Shown piece after piece: positions 29,060 through 43,750 of a DNA stretch of 64,000 nucleotides (positions are counted from its first letter, which is position 1; every line of letters starts with the position of its first letter). Location: NCBI RefSeq assembly GCF_009914755.1, contig NC_060944.1; one strand, written 5' to 3'. Below the pieces are notes generated by a model. It searched no databases and was not told the DNA's origin. It saw only the letters and a program-made list of their open reading frames with translations. Both the position numbers and the translations under genes were made by a program. This stretch comes from the human T2T-CHM13v2.0 reference genome, Homo sapiens.

Positions 29060-29235
29060 CTAGTGATGGTCTCAATCATGGTGGCACAGAAAAATCCCCT
29101 GGGGCACTTTTCAAAACATAGATGCCTTGGCCACACCCTGTACTAATTACCATAAATCCGAACTCTAGGGGTTTGGGGCATGGGTATTAGTGTTTTTTAA
29201 AAGCTTCCCAGGTGATTAAAAGGTGGTTTTCTACT
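29060..29235. mobile_element. MER5-type hAT-Charlie element
   Basis: ...AATCCCCTGGGGCACTTTTCAAAACATAGATGCC...AAGCTTCCCAGGTGATT. Confidence 0.65.
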
Positions 29236-29574
29236 TTTAGAATTCTTGATAATGGTACTCTCTTACTCCTGTTTGCTGATCTTTTCCTTTTTTCTCATAA
29301 ACACAGTAAGAAGTACTACACAGAAAAGAGGTCCACATTAGGGACCACCTTAATCCAAACAGAAAAATTGATTTGGATTTCCTTAACAAGTTACTGCAAA
29401 GCTTATAGGTTTGTTAGTGGAAGTTCCACTTTATGAAGGCAGATTCCTGCTGATGTAGAAATATGTAACCTCATTCTACAGTGAGCTGCAGTCATCGTGT
29501 AGGATCTTACAAAGGGTTAGTTTTGCCTATCATTTAATGATTTGTGCGCTTTGTCCCCATATTTAGTTGTATAA

Positions 29575-30015
29575 TTTAAAAATTATTGTGAAATTTACAT
29601 ATCATAAAATTGATAATTTTAAAGTGAACAACTTAGTAGCTAAGGATGTATTCACAGTGTTATGCAACCACCGCCTCTATTTCCAAAATATTTTCATCAC
29701 CTCAAAAGGAAATTGCATACCCATTAAGCAGTTACTCCCTATTTTCCCTGGTCCCTTCTCTCCTTCCCTTAGCTCCCAGAAACCACCAAACTGTTTTCTG
29801 TTTCTAAGAATTTGCCAGTCAGGATATTTCACACAAATGGGAATTGTACCGTATATGACCTCTTGTATTTTGCTTTTTTTCGTTAGCATAACGTTTTCAA
29901 AGTTCATTTACATTGTACCATGTGTCAGTAGTTCATTCCTCTTTGTGGCTGAACAATATTCTCTTGTGTGTCCATGTCAAAATTTGCCCATCCATTCATC
30001 TGCTGCTGGACACTT
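29575..30015 (-). mobile_element. L1MB-like 3' end
   Basis: TTATTGTGAAATTTACATATCATAAAATT...TTCACAGTGTTATGCAACCACC. Confidence 0.8.
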
Positions 30016-31515
30016 TGGTAGTATTTTGTTGAAAACTTTTTTTCATTTATATTCATGAGCAATATTGGTCTGAAGTTTTCATATAGTGTTCTGTCTGGCT
30101 TTGGTTCAGAGTAATGCTAGCTTCATAGAATGAGTTAGGAAGTATTTCTTCCGCTGCTGTTTCTTGAAAGAGGTTGTTAAGGAGTGGTGTTAATTCATCT
30201 AAATGTTAAATTCTTTTAAATGTTTTCAAGCCACATGGTCCTGAGCTTGTCTTTGATGGGTGGTTTTTGATTACTGACTTAATCTCTTTACTTGTGAGAG
30301 ACCTGTTGATATTTTCCATTTCTTCTTTAGTCAGTTTTGGCAGTTTTTGTGTTTCTAGGAATTTGTTCATTTTATCTACATTATTCAATTTGTTGGTACA
30401 CAATTATTTATAGTATTCTCTTATAATCATTTTTATTTCTCTAAGATTGAGAAATAAAGCTTAGAGAAATAAAAGTGGGATAAATAAATGAAATAATAAT
30501 GTTCATAAATAACATACTTATATTGTTATAAATAATTATATAATAATATTTATGTAATAATGTTCATGTATAATAGTGTTTATAGTGTTTCATGTTATAA
30601 AACATAATATTCCCACTTTCATTTATGATTATTGTATATTTTTTACCCTTTTTTCTTAGTCCAGCTAAAGGTTTGTTAGTTTTGTTGAAATTTTCAAAGA
30701 ACCAATTTCTTGTTTCGTTAACTGTTTGTTGTTTTTCTAATCTCCATTTCATTTATCTCTGCTGTAATCTTTATTATTTCCTTCACTCTGTTAGCTCTGC
30801 ACTTAGTTTTCTGTTCTTTTTCTAGTTCCTTAAAGTGTAAAGTTAGGTTATTGATTTCAGATCATTCTTTTTTATAATACAGATTTTGTAACTATTAATT
30901 TCCCTCTGAGCACTGCTTTTGCTGTATCCCATGAATTTTGGCATGTTGTATTTTCATTTTATTTTAGGATATTTTCTAATTTCCCTTGTGATTTCTTTGG
31001 CCTAACAGTTGGTTAATATTGTGTTATTTAATTTTTATGTATTTGTGAATATTCCAGTTTTTCTTCTGTTATTGATCTCTAGCTTCATTTATTGTGGTTG
31101 AGGAAGATACTTTGGATGACTTCAATTTTTTAAAATTTATCATGACTTGTTTAGTGGCTTAATATGTAGTGTATCCTGTAGATGTTCCATGTGCACTTGA
31201 GAGGAATAAGTATTCTGCTGTTGATGGTGGAGTGTCCTATATGTATCTGTTGGATGTAGTCTGTTTATAGTGTTGTCCAAGGCCTGTATTTCCTTATTAA
31301 TCTCATGTCTAAATATTCTATTTATTGTTAAAAGCAGTGCATGGATGTCTTCCACGATTATTGTATAATTGGTTGCTTTTCCCTGCAATTCTGTCAATTT
31401 TTGCTTTATATATTTGGTTCTCTATTATTAGGTGCATATATATTTGTAATTTTTTTATCTTCTTTATATATTTCTACTTTTATCTATATATAGTGTCCTT
31501 TTTGTAACTTGTAAC

Positions 31516-31809
31516 TTTTTTTTTTTTTTTTGAGACTGAGTCTCACTCTGTCTCCAGGCTGGAGGCAGTGGCGCAATTTTGGCTCACTGCAATCTCTGCC
31601 TCCTGTGTTCAAGCAATTCCCTTGCCTCAGCCTCCCAAGTAGCTGGGACTACAGGCACGCACCACCACACCCGGCTAATTTTTTTTATTTTAGTAGAGAT
31701 GGGGTTTCACCATGTTGGCCAGGATGGTTTCAATCTCCTGACATCATGATATGTCCTCCTTGGCCTCCGAAAGTGCTGGGATTACAGGCATGAGCCACCA
31801 CACCCGGCC
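31516..31809 (-). mobile_element. AluSc-like
   Basis: Poly-T plus Alu consensus. Confidence 0.94.
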
Positions 31810-33415
31810 AACAATTTTTGACTTAAAGTCTATTTTATCTGATTTTAGAATACCACCTCTGGTGTCTTTTAGATATGACTTACATGGAGTATCTTTTCTC
31901 ATTCTTTCACTTTCAGCCTATCTGTGTCTTTGGATCTAAAATGAGTCTCTTATCACAGCATGTAGTTGTATCAAGTTATAAAATTATATATATTTTACTA
32001 ATCTCTAGCTTTTTGTTGGAGAGTCATTTAATTTACATTTTAAATAATTTCTGATTAGGAAAGGCTTGCTTCTGCCATTTTGCTATTTGTTTTCTGTATG
32101 TCTTATAGCCTTTTGTTCCTCATTTGCTTCTCTACTGCCATATTTTGTGTTTAACTTTTTGAAGTGTGCTTTTTTGATCCCTTTTCCATTTTCTTTTGTG
32201 TATATTTTAAAGACTTTTCTTTGTGGTTTGTATGGGGATAACAATTAAAATCCTAAATTTATAACAATCTAGTTTGGATTAATGCCAACTTAGATTCAAT
32301 AGGATATCAAAGTTCTGTTTCTATACAGTTCTCTCCTCATGTTAATGTTTTTATAGATAACATCTTTATACATTGTGTGTCTGATAACATACATTATAAT
32401 TATTGTTTTATGCATCTGTCTTTTAAATACCATAGGAAATAAAAAGAAGAGATACAAACAAAAATACAATAATACTGGCTTTTATTTATCATGCAGTTAC
32501 TTTTACTAGAGCGCTGCATTTCTTCACGTGATTTCAGGTTGCTGCCTAGTATCCTTTTTGTTAAGTCTAAAGGACTCCCTTTAGCTTTTCTCATAGGTCA
32601 GTTTTACTTATGAATAGCTCCTTTGCTTTTTGTGTTGGTTTTCCTGGAACTGTCTTAATGTTTCCTGGTTTTTGAAGGACAATTAGCCAAACATAGAATT
32701 CGTGGTTGACAGTTCTTTGCAGTACTTTAAAAATGTTATTTAACTTCTTCTATGATTTTGATAATAAATCAGCTATTAATTTTATTGAGGATCCCTTGTA
32801 TGTTGGATGAATTGCTTCTCCTTGGCTGCTTTCCAGATTCCTTCTTCACCCTTGGTTTCCAGTCATTTGATTATAATTTGTCTTAGTGTAGATCTCTTTA
32901 CAGTTATTCGTCTTGGAGTTTGTTGAGCTTCTTGAATGTGTGCATTTATGTATTTTTCAAATTTGGAAAGTGCTCAGCCATTATCTTTACAAATTCTGTC
33001 TGCTGTTTCTTTTTCTCTTCTCCATCTGGGGTTCTTATGACATCTATGTTGGTGTGCTTGCTTGTGTTCCACAAATCTCTTTGATTCCATTCATTTATCT
33101 TTAAATTCATTTAAATTTAAATTCTTTGGTAAGTTTTTCATGTTAGTTATTGTACTTTTATTTCCAGAATATCTGTTTAGTTCATTTTTATAATTTCTCT
33201 ATCTTTACTGATATTCTCTACTTGTTTATACATCACATTGCTGATTTCCTTTAGCTCTTTGATTTTTTAAGGACAGTTGATTTAAAGTCTTTATTCATTA
33301 AGTCCAAAGTGTATGCTCCCTCAAGTACAGTTTTTGTTAATTTCTTCTTTTGATGGGGCATAGTTTGTTGTTTCTTGCACACTTCATACTTTTTTGGCTT
33401 AAAACTGGGCATATA

Positions 33416-33738
<323 letters not shown>

Positions 33739-36348
33739 TTAAATCTAGAAATAAGATTTTTCCTTCTCCTCTGGGTTTACTTTTGTCCCTTGCTATAGCA
33801 TGTAGCTATTTGTTTAATGACTTTTTGAACTAATTTTTTAATGTAGTATTGTTTTTCATGTGTGTTCTCTGAGGTCTCTGTTCCTTTAGCCTTTGTTCAG
33901 CTAGTGTCTTGATAGAGAATAACTTCAATAACAGAAGGCAACAGAGAAGAAACAAAAGAAAAAGTAAAAACTTTAAAAATCAAGAAAAACAAAACAAAAA
34001 ACCTCTCCTAATGTTTACAGATTGGATCTTTGCTGACAAACTTCTTCAACACTTTGCTAGGCTATTTTTAAGCTCTGTCTTAGCCTTCATTTCCTGTTTG
34101 CATTGATCCTAGAGATCATCTAAAGCTGAAAGAATAAGTTTTTATTAGCGAGCATGGGCATGGATTTTTTTAAATTCTTCGGTATACATGAATGCTATAC
34201 ATGTCCTATTTCCCAAGGAAACTCTTTAGTTCTTCTGCCTGAGCTTTGGGTACTCTACTATATGCCCCAACTATAATGTTTTTGTCTTAGGTAGCTGTGG
34301 ATTTTTTGTTTACCTTACAGTATTTTCAAGGAATCTCTGCTGCATTTCTCCTCTGAAGGAGTCCTCAGTTAGAGAAACAAAGTAAGGTGCTTTGCGTTAT
34401 TCCCCAAGGGATTTCCCATACAGGTTATAGCAAATGTAGTTTTTTTGCGAGTAAGATTGTCTTTGCTTCCTCCAGAACCAAGGACCAGGGTTGCCTACTG
34501 GGGAAGCTACCTGCAGTTTTGAAGACTGCTGTCAAGCCAAGGAGAGAGTTGGAGCAGGGGCAAATACAAACATCACATACTTTTCTTACTGTTTTTAAGT
34601 CTCCTTTATCTTTTATTTTTAATATTTTGGTTTCAGCATTTTCTTGGTTGCTATCAACCTGCCTATTTTCAAGAGTTTTGTTAGAGTTGATTCTGACACT
34701 TTTGCTTGATTTTGAATATTTCTGTGGGAACACAAGCTCTTGGAGCTACCTACTCCGTCATCTTCACTGATGTCACTTGCAGTTTACTTTCAGGGCTTTA
34801 GTTATCCACATGGTATAATGTGCACTCTCCGTTGAATACTATTTCCTATTTACCTTTTTTCTCTTATTTAATTATTTGCATATATTTATTTTAGAGTATA
34901 TGTACTCTAGGTCTTCTCTTTACTTCATGAAATCTACCACCTCCATAAAAAAAGATGCCTTCAAAGTAGACTTGATAAATACTTAATGTTAAAAGATTTT
35001 CTTTCACATAGTTTCAGATTTAATAAAGCAAAAATGCAATTTCAGAAATAATCTTTTTGCAAGTTTTGAAAAATTCTGGCTGCTGAAAATAAAATTGAAT
35101 TATTGGCAAAGGCAGGAATTTGGAATAGAATAAATATAAACTTTTGTGATGTTAAAACAAATTGTTTCGTTGAATATTCTTTATAAGAAACAATTACCAT
35201 AGAGTCTTCAAGACCTTATTATTAGAGATAAATGGAAATTAATTTATCTCAGCTATTATGAAAATGTGATTTTAAACTTTAATATTAGGTAGACTGCTGC
35301 TCAATAGTTTACAAACAGAGGAGGTAAGAAATAATTTTGGATAAAATATTAATGTATGAGTTATAATTGAATTATCATGTTATATAGTCTCTTTTAATAA
35401 TTAGCAGTTAATGGAAGAAAAAAGCATGTTCTCATTAATAAATATAAAAAAGCATTTAAGTTAAATAAAAGAAAAAGGTAGCTTTTGAGGAAACTTCAGT
35501 CTGAATTGTCCAAATAGACTGAAAGGACTTTAAGGGCAAAATTTTGTTTGGGTTTGGGAATACCAAAATTTAGGATAAAATATTTCTTTTATCCTTCTTT
35601 TTTTGTTTTGTTTTAAGAGAAGAAAAAATTTACATAGACTCTTTGTATACCAGTGAGAGGAAGTATAGCATAGAAGGCCATCTAAAGGATGAAATTCCCA
35701 TAAGGAGTTTTCTGAACCACTTATATCAACTGGTCAGAACTTAGTTTTAATTAAATTTGCTGGGCTGGGGATGGTGGCAGGACAATAGCCTGTTTTAAGG
35801 ATAGAGAGCCAGCTTTAACTTTAACTTTGAATTTCCTGGCTCCAATCCATTGGTGTCACTACTTCAGTGTTATTTAAATGCAGGATTTTCCATTTAATTT
35901 CCTTTTAAGGGAGATAAAAACCACAGTTTCTTTTTCAGAAAACTGCCAAAGAGTCTCCCTGTGCTTTATTAAGTAACAATTGCATTTTCAGTAGAGAAAT
36001 GCAATCTAAGTGGTAGCACATTAAAACATTATAGTGTAAATGTGCAGATGAAAATACTAAAAATTAAATAATTATTATTCATAGCAGTTAATTCAGTTAT
36101 ATGTATTTTGAACTCAGTGGGAAATTGTTTATACAACAGACTTAGGATATTAAAATTAAGTTTAAAAATTTGATTTATTTTTATAAGACAGACAATACCA
36201 AAACTCTTTTTTCCCTTTTATGCCTTGTATTAGTTATAATGTTTGCTCTTACATTTTGTGACTTTGAGCAATTTATACTTCATTATACTTAAAATAGAAA
36301 AATTTTAGGCCAACTTAATTTTTTGTAAGTTTTATAAATAATAACTTT

Positions 36349-36654
36349 TGCCAGGTGTGGTGGCTCATGCCTGTGATACCAGCTCTTTGGTAGGCTGAGG
36401 TGGGAGGATCACTTGAGGCCAGGAGTTTGAGACCAGCTTAGGCAACACAGCAAGACCCCATCTCTACAAGAAATTTTTAAAAATTAGCAGGATGTGGTGG
36501 TGTGTGCCTGTAGTCTCAGCTACTCAGGAGGCTGAGATAGAGGATCCCTTGAATGAATCCAGGAGTTCAAAGCTGCAGTGAGTCATGATCATGCTATTGC
36601 ACTCTGCGCTGAGTGACAGAGTGAGACTCCATCTCTAACAACAAAAAAAAGAAG
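36349..36654 (+). mobile_element. AluJ
   Basis: TSD AAATAATAACTTT at 36336 and 36655. Confidence 0.93.
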
Positions 36655-36999
36655 AAATAATAACTTTGATCATATTTTGTTTGTATCCATTTGAATATCT
36701 GCCTTTTTATTTTTAGTAATAGAGATTTTAAAATATAGATTATTTTTTAATAGTTGACCTCAATTTACATACTTGAATAGTGAGCATTTACTATATTAAA
36801 ATTATTAGAAATCAAGTGAAGGAATTAAGTAACTAAATAAAGTGACTTTTAAAATCTACCTGATATTTCTGTGTTTATGATATGCTTTAAAGAGGCCATT
36901 GCTAGATTGCCTTCCATGAAAGCCATTTGTGCCTAGGTTCTCTCTTCCATGATTGCTCTTTTCTTTTCTTTTCTTTTTTTTTGAAGAATGGGAATGAAG

Positions 37000-37305
37000 A
37001 TTCCCATTCTTCAGATTTTAGCTCAGGCATCAATTACTCGAGGGCCTTTTCTGACCTCCCTTACCACATTAGCTCCCCCCAACCCCTCTGTATGTTCTCA
37101 TAACATTATCCTTCTCCTCCCCAGCATTCATAATAGTTTCCAGTTTGACTTCTTTGTGATTATTTGATTAATGTCTGTTTCCTTGACCACGTTTTCCTGG
37201 TCCATGAGGGCAGGGACCTTGCCTGATTTTGCTTATCATCATAATTCTTGAGCCCTGCATAGGCTTGGTCCAGAAGCAGATTCCAGTGAGTGCTTGTGTG
37301 TTGTA
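37000..37305 (+). mobile_element. L2 3' fragment
   Basis: TCCATGAGGGCAGGGACCTTG typical L2 3' region. Confidence 0.65.
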
Positions 37306-40300
37306 TGAACGCTGTACTCGGAAGTACTACATCATGCTGTCCTATTTTATGCTGATAAATGAACTTCAAATAATTTTACTAGAAAAAACATTTATTTATT
37401 ATATGTATGCAAAATAAGTCTTAATTAGGAACATTAATACAGATATCCTAAATAAAATATTAGCAAATTATATCTAGTAGTGAGCATATCAAAATAATAA
37501 TACAGAGAGTAATACTAAGACTGTTTCAGACCAGTAAATGAAATAATGACTGTAACATGGGAATAAAATATAGTTTGGAGATTTGATAGAAAATGTCCAT
37601 ATAAAGTCTTTTGTGCCTTGTGTCTTTTTAGTGGTATATTTTTGGTTAAATATAACCAAAAAACAGGTATATTTAACCAATTTTCTTGGTTAAAAATGAT
37701 CGTATTCTAAATATATTAAAGAAGGGATATGTATTAAATTGTTTCTTTGCTTTTCTGATTCAATTCCTCTCACCGTTACCCCCAGCTCTCAGCCTTCCAT
37801 CTCCCCATTCCTTTATTTCTTAGTTATGGTAGACTTCCAGACTTCCGATAACACATTCCTGTTTTTTTTGGAGAGTTCCACTAGGCATTTCTCCACATGG
37901 CTATCTACTTAGGCTTTAAAAAAGTTTCTATCCTTGGATTTGTTTTCATCTAGTCCATATCCAGGTAGAAAAAGATGTGATCAAAAGATTTCATTGGTTC
38001 TGTTTGCTGTGTCTTCTTTCTGGTCTCGCCTTATTCTACCATGGCTTTATAACTGTGTGTCCCAGTGTGGTTTGTTTTGAAGCTTTCTCCTCCCTGGGGC
38101 ATACTGTCAAAATTCATTTATAGTGACCCACACTTAGATTTTCTTTTGTAAGTCTTCAAATATTTTGCCATTCCAAACACTGCCTTAAACCTACTAAAGA
38201 CTCTCTATAGTCTCTAAGGGACACATGGGAGAAACATCACTGGTATACCCTTCTTGACAGATATGTAGGTGAAAGATAAGAAAATAAATCAGCAAGTGGC
38301 GGTTGCTCTTTCAGCAGCCCTGCTTTCTCAGACTTTCCAAACTACCAAAATGAAAAAAATACAGAGGAAATATTTAGTGCCCTTGCTTTTCCATGTGATT
38401 ATATATCTGGTAAAATTTGGCATATATAATATGTATGTTTAATTTCCCTCCTATTTTTAATATGAGATGAAATGTAATACATTTGAATTATGACAACATC
38501 AAGAGGTTATTTAGACCAAAATAGGTTGTATTATATACAAAAATAATGGCAAATGTTATGAATTGTCTCTAGTATTTTTTTTTAACGTGTGTTTTAAAAT
38601 TGAATTGGTTGGGAGACTATTTGAATGTGCTTTACTTATGTGGAAAATATCATCGTTTACTATTTTTCTGCAGATCCCTCACTCTAGCCCCTATACACAT
38701 AAACACCAAATAATTTGCTTCCATTGAGTTAGCATAAAAATCATCAGGGCTTCAGGATAAATACCCTTAAAGTAATGCCTCAGAATGTGCCTTTTTGTGG
38801 AAAAGGTTAATCTAGCCTATTATTGGCATCATTAGAAAATCTTGAAAATAGAAGTTCACAGTTTCTATGTGAAGTGCTGCATTAATTATGCAGCGAGAGT
38901 ACACCTAAATACAGGAGGTGCTCACATTTAGGAGTAGTAGCCACAGTTACGCGGTGTTACACTAGCTCTACATTTGCACACATGCTCCTTGTTTTGTTTA
39001 TTATAGGCTTTCCTTAGAGAATAAAGTGTTGCAAATAAATATTGCATGTGTATGTAGGCAGTTTTTGTTTAATAGGTATTAGAGTAAATGACTGTGAATT
39101 TGTTCCTAAGAATCTTCTGTGTAAAAAGAGATAATTTTATCATCTTATCACTTTATCTCTAACATTAAAATGGTAATCTTTGCATGACATTATTTACTTG
39201 CGATTGTGTAGACCCTGAAAATAGTGTATATTATATCTATAAATTATTGTAAGGAATATTATATTACTGAATGTTCAACACTAATTATACTTTTATCTCC
39301 AACTTCTTTAGAGCTTAATGTATTGATTTATTTACACTTATAGCTTCTAACAAGGTATATTCTAAAAAGTTTTTACAAATCAAAAAATTTAACTAGTTTC
39401 TTAATACACAAAAAGCCTCAGTACAAATGACCCGATGACCTTAATTCCCAGGAAACTGTCACATTACTTCTTTACCCCTTTGTCTAGCTTAACAATGTGA
39501 CCCAAAATACTGCGGAGCTTTAAAGTTTCTCAGCATTGTAAGGTCAAGCTTTGGTCACCATAGTTACAGTTTAGATCTGCAAGTCAGAGGTCAAATAGAT
39601 TAATGATGTCAGACACATCTTTAAGTGGTTCTAACACCACTTCACCATGCAGTAAACAGCTGAGCATATTCGATATGGCAAAGGTATTCTTCAGTCTTGC
39701 TAATAAGAATATCTTTGGAGATATTCTTTTTCTGATAGAAAGATTTTTTTATAAGAACTTGCAATATTGGGCTGTGGCATCAGCAATAATAGTTGGCTTT
39801 TAGATTTGTAATATCAGATGCATATTGAAAAGTATATTAAATAGCTCAGATTTACACTTTTCTGCACGTCTGTGTTTTGTCTGTCATAATCAAATTGATC
39901 ATCCACCTATTTATAAATAGGTATCCTCACTCCCCTATTAATTTATGGCTAACCATGACAGTGGACCGAAAAAAACAAGCTTTTTGATTAGGAGTTTTTG
40001 CTTTTTGCGTGTGTGAATGGCACATCTCTTTTCTCCCAATTTGGGTAGTATGCGCTTTAAACAGAATTATTTAGAAAATTGTGTTTGGGAAATCTTTCTC
40101 ACATTAGAGAGCAGGTAATTATCCATTTGTATTTTATATCCAAATACCTTTATTTATAGCCTAGGACTCTTTATAAAGATCATGGGTTGTATATTCACTT
40201 TTTTTGTCCTAAAAGGAAATTATTTCCTCCCTTTTGAATCAGAATGGAAGGAGAAAAAAGAAACTATTTTACAGTGAACGTTACTTCTAGAAAAATTCAA

Positions 40301-41611
40301 ATGTTATTTTTTACAAATAAAAAATACTCTATAGATAAATTTTAATCAAAAATCACAGAAATACAAATAAGACAAAAATATTAAGTGAGGTGAAATTGCA
40401 ATTATTAATAAAATATATTTAAGCAAAAACAATCATCAGAATTTTACTATAGAATATATATATTTAAAGCTTTGCCAGTATGGAATTTTGCAGCCAGTAG
40501 ACAGAATTATGTTTAAGCAGTAGGCTTAGGTTAAGCTAAACATTAAAGGATACCCTGTTTCTGAAGGTTTTGTTTCCCATGTGTATTTTGTGCAGCTGTA
40601 AGATTTTAAGCTTGCTGGAGCATTTGCTCTTGATCACATACTATAAAGGTAGACAAAGGGGAGAACGAAGAGGTTTGGCAGCTGGGAGGTGTTATTATGG
40701 AATTTAATAGCAAAGAAGATGGGGGTTGGGGCTTTTCTAGGTGAAACAGAGATTGGCAGCTGGGAGGAGGAAATAAGTCCTGGAGTCTGAGAAGAGCTAG
40801 TAGTTCAGTTGCCTGTGAGTTTCAAATGACAAGCTAGCTTTCATGTGAATGAATGGATTGTCTCCGGTTTTGCGTTCAATTCAATGGAAATCACTGCCTT
40901 GTAGATATCGTGGAAACCAACAACTCAGCAAAGACATTAATTGCTGACCTGTTTTGCAGCACTTAGGGCCATTGGTTCAACAAACTGATGGAGTATTCTG
41001 TTTGGTCATTATGCCAGGAGAATGGCAAATCAATATTTAACTACCTTTTGAAGAAGCTACACCACTGAAATGCTGGTTTTGTATAAAACTGTTTACACAT
41101 AAGAGTGTCCTGAAATGCAAGAAAAATGATTTTATTCTAAACGTAGAAAAATTTTGTAATCAAATAAAATATCAGGTTGAGTTCTGACTTTCAGAATCTG
41201 AAATAGTATTATTTCTGTAAAAATTGCCTTATGCCTTGCTTTTAGATTTCTTGCTCCTGATGCATTGTTAAGGTGGGTAAACCAACCAATACTTAATGTC
41301 TAAATATTTATTTATCAAAAATATATGAAATTGGAGATATTACATTTTATTTACTCTTCTTCCTTAAAGTCTGCTTTTCTTGTCTACTTCCTATGCCTTT
41401 TTATTTAAATTTTTTCAATTTACACCTTTACACTTTTGCTAGTGTCGTGACCAGAATTGTACATATATTGCTACTGTAGTGCATTAGTAATAGTTTCCAG
41501 TCCTTGGTGCACATGAAAATCATGTAGTGAACATTAAAATCACCTGAGCATAATGCCCAGACCCACCCAAGACCAGTTGAAATAATGTAGTGAAAAGAAT
41601 GCACCCTGTGG

Positions 41612-42350
<739 letters not shown>

Positions 42351-43177
42351 ATGTAGCTTGTACTCTTATTGCTAAGGCTCCTAGTTCTAAGGCTCAGAGA
42401 AAACACCATCAAAATTTGAAACTGTTTGTGGGCATTCAATGCTTCATTTATCATTTTCTCAGAAGGTTTCCTGGGATGCTCTAATGAGTTGCAGACCACA
42501 CCATCACTCCTGTGTTATTGAATACTTAGAGTGACAATATCCATGAAGATTTTTCACCACCTTGTCCTGTCACTGTTTGGAATTTGTCTCATCACTATCT
42601 ATCATATAGAATTAATGCAGACTTGAGGATTTTCCTTAGCTTTTTGCAACCCTGTGCATCCCTCTTGGCTACAAATACAATTTCTGTAGAAGAGACAAAT
42701 AGCCTTGAGGCTGCTCCCTGCCTCCTTTCTGAGCTGATCTTGGTATTTCTTCACGTGCAGATCTTTTTAGAAGCCCAAGGAGAGAGTCAGATGCCAACTA
42801 AGTTGGATTTGGCTAGAATTGTTCACCTATTAGCATTTTGCTTTACTTAATTCACATTTGTATAGCCCTTAGCATGTTCTCTTATACTTACAGACTTTTT
42901 TTGCAATGAGTATAACTTTATGTTGTTAATTCACTTTTCTGTGGATCTGTGTCACATATAAAGTACCATGTCAAATATTGTTAGAGCTTAGTAGTTACCT
43001 TCGAGTCTGTAAACCAACAGCTCTGTGATTGACCAGAAGTCGGGGCTCCAAGTAATAGAATTTCTTTGTTTTCCAGTAGTATTGGACATCAGTCCATGAT
43101 GTGCATTCATAAGAGTGCAGGCTGTACCTGCAGTGAAATAATTTTGCATGCATTTTATATTTTACATAGCATATATA

Positions 43178-43370
43178 GTAGTGGTTCTCAAACTTAGCAT
43201 GCATCAGAATTACCTGGAGAGCTTATTGAAAGACAAATTGCTAGACCTTACCTCCAGAGTTTCCATAGTTTATTAGTTTTAGCGTGGGACCTGAGAATTT
43301 GCATTTCTAACAAGTTTCCAAGCCCTGCAACTGCTGCTTTGGGGACAATAATATGGGACCCATTAATATG
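43178..43370. mobile_element. MER5A
   Basis: AGTGGTTCTCAAACTTAGCATGCATCAGAATTACCTGGAGAGCTT...GAGAATTTGCATTTCTAACAAG. Confidence 0.85.
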
Positions 43371-43379
43371 GTGAGTGCT

Positions 43380-43750
43380 AAGGTGCACTACACAGATTCC
43401 CTTTTGAGAGTAGGGCATTCATTTCCTAACTGCAAGGGGTACTGGCTGTCATGGTTTCCAGGCCCTCTGGGAGTTGCCCTCAGTTGATGGGCACTGCCTC
43501 ACTTAAAACTCCATTTCTGTCCCTAGTTGTAGCTCACATAAAATGACAGGTTAATGCAGGGAGTACAAAGGCCCATCCTTCTTGCTTCAGTTCAGGATAA
43601 CTGAGGGGCCACCCCAGCTCAGAGGCCTCTGCTGCAATTGCATCACAGCTCAGCTTTTCTCTACTTAATCTCTCTTCCCTTACTCCCAAGAGCACTCTCT
43701 GATTAACCTGTGTCTCAAAGTCTTTTCCAGAGAATTTGGCCTGCAGCAGT
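43380..43750. mobile_element. ERVL-type LTR (LTR16-like)
   Basis: GCAATTGCATCACAGCTCA...CTCCCAAGAGCACTCTCTGATTAAC...CTCAAAGTC resemblance; family uncertain. Confidence 0.45.

Noticed and set aside
29567-30058. 163-aa ORF
   Set aside because: Antisense to an L1 3' UTR; hydrophobic composition reflects T-richness.
34387-34770. 127-aa and 102-aa overlapping ORFs
   Set aside because: Within an old L1 5' region; no homology recognised.
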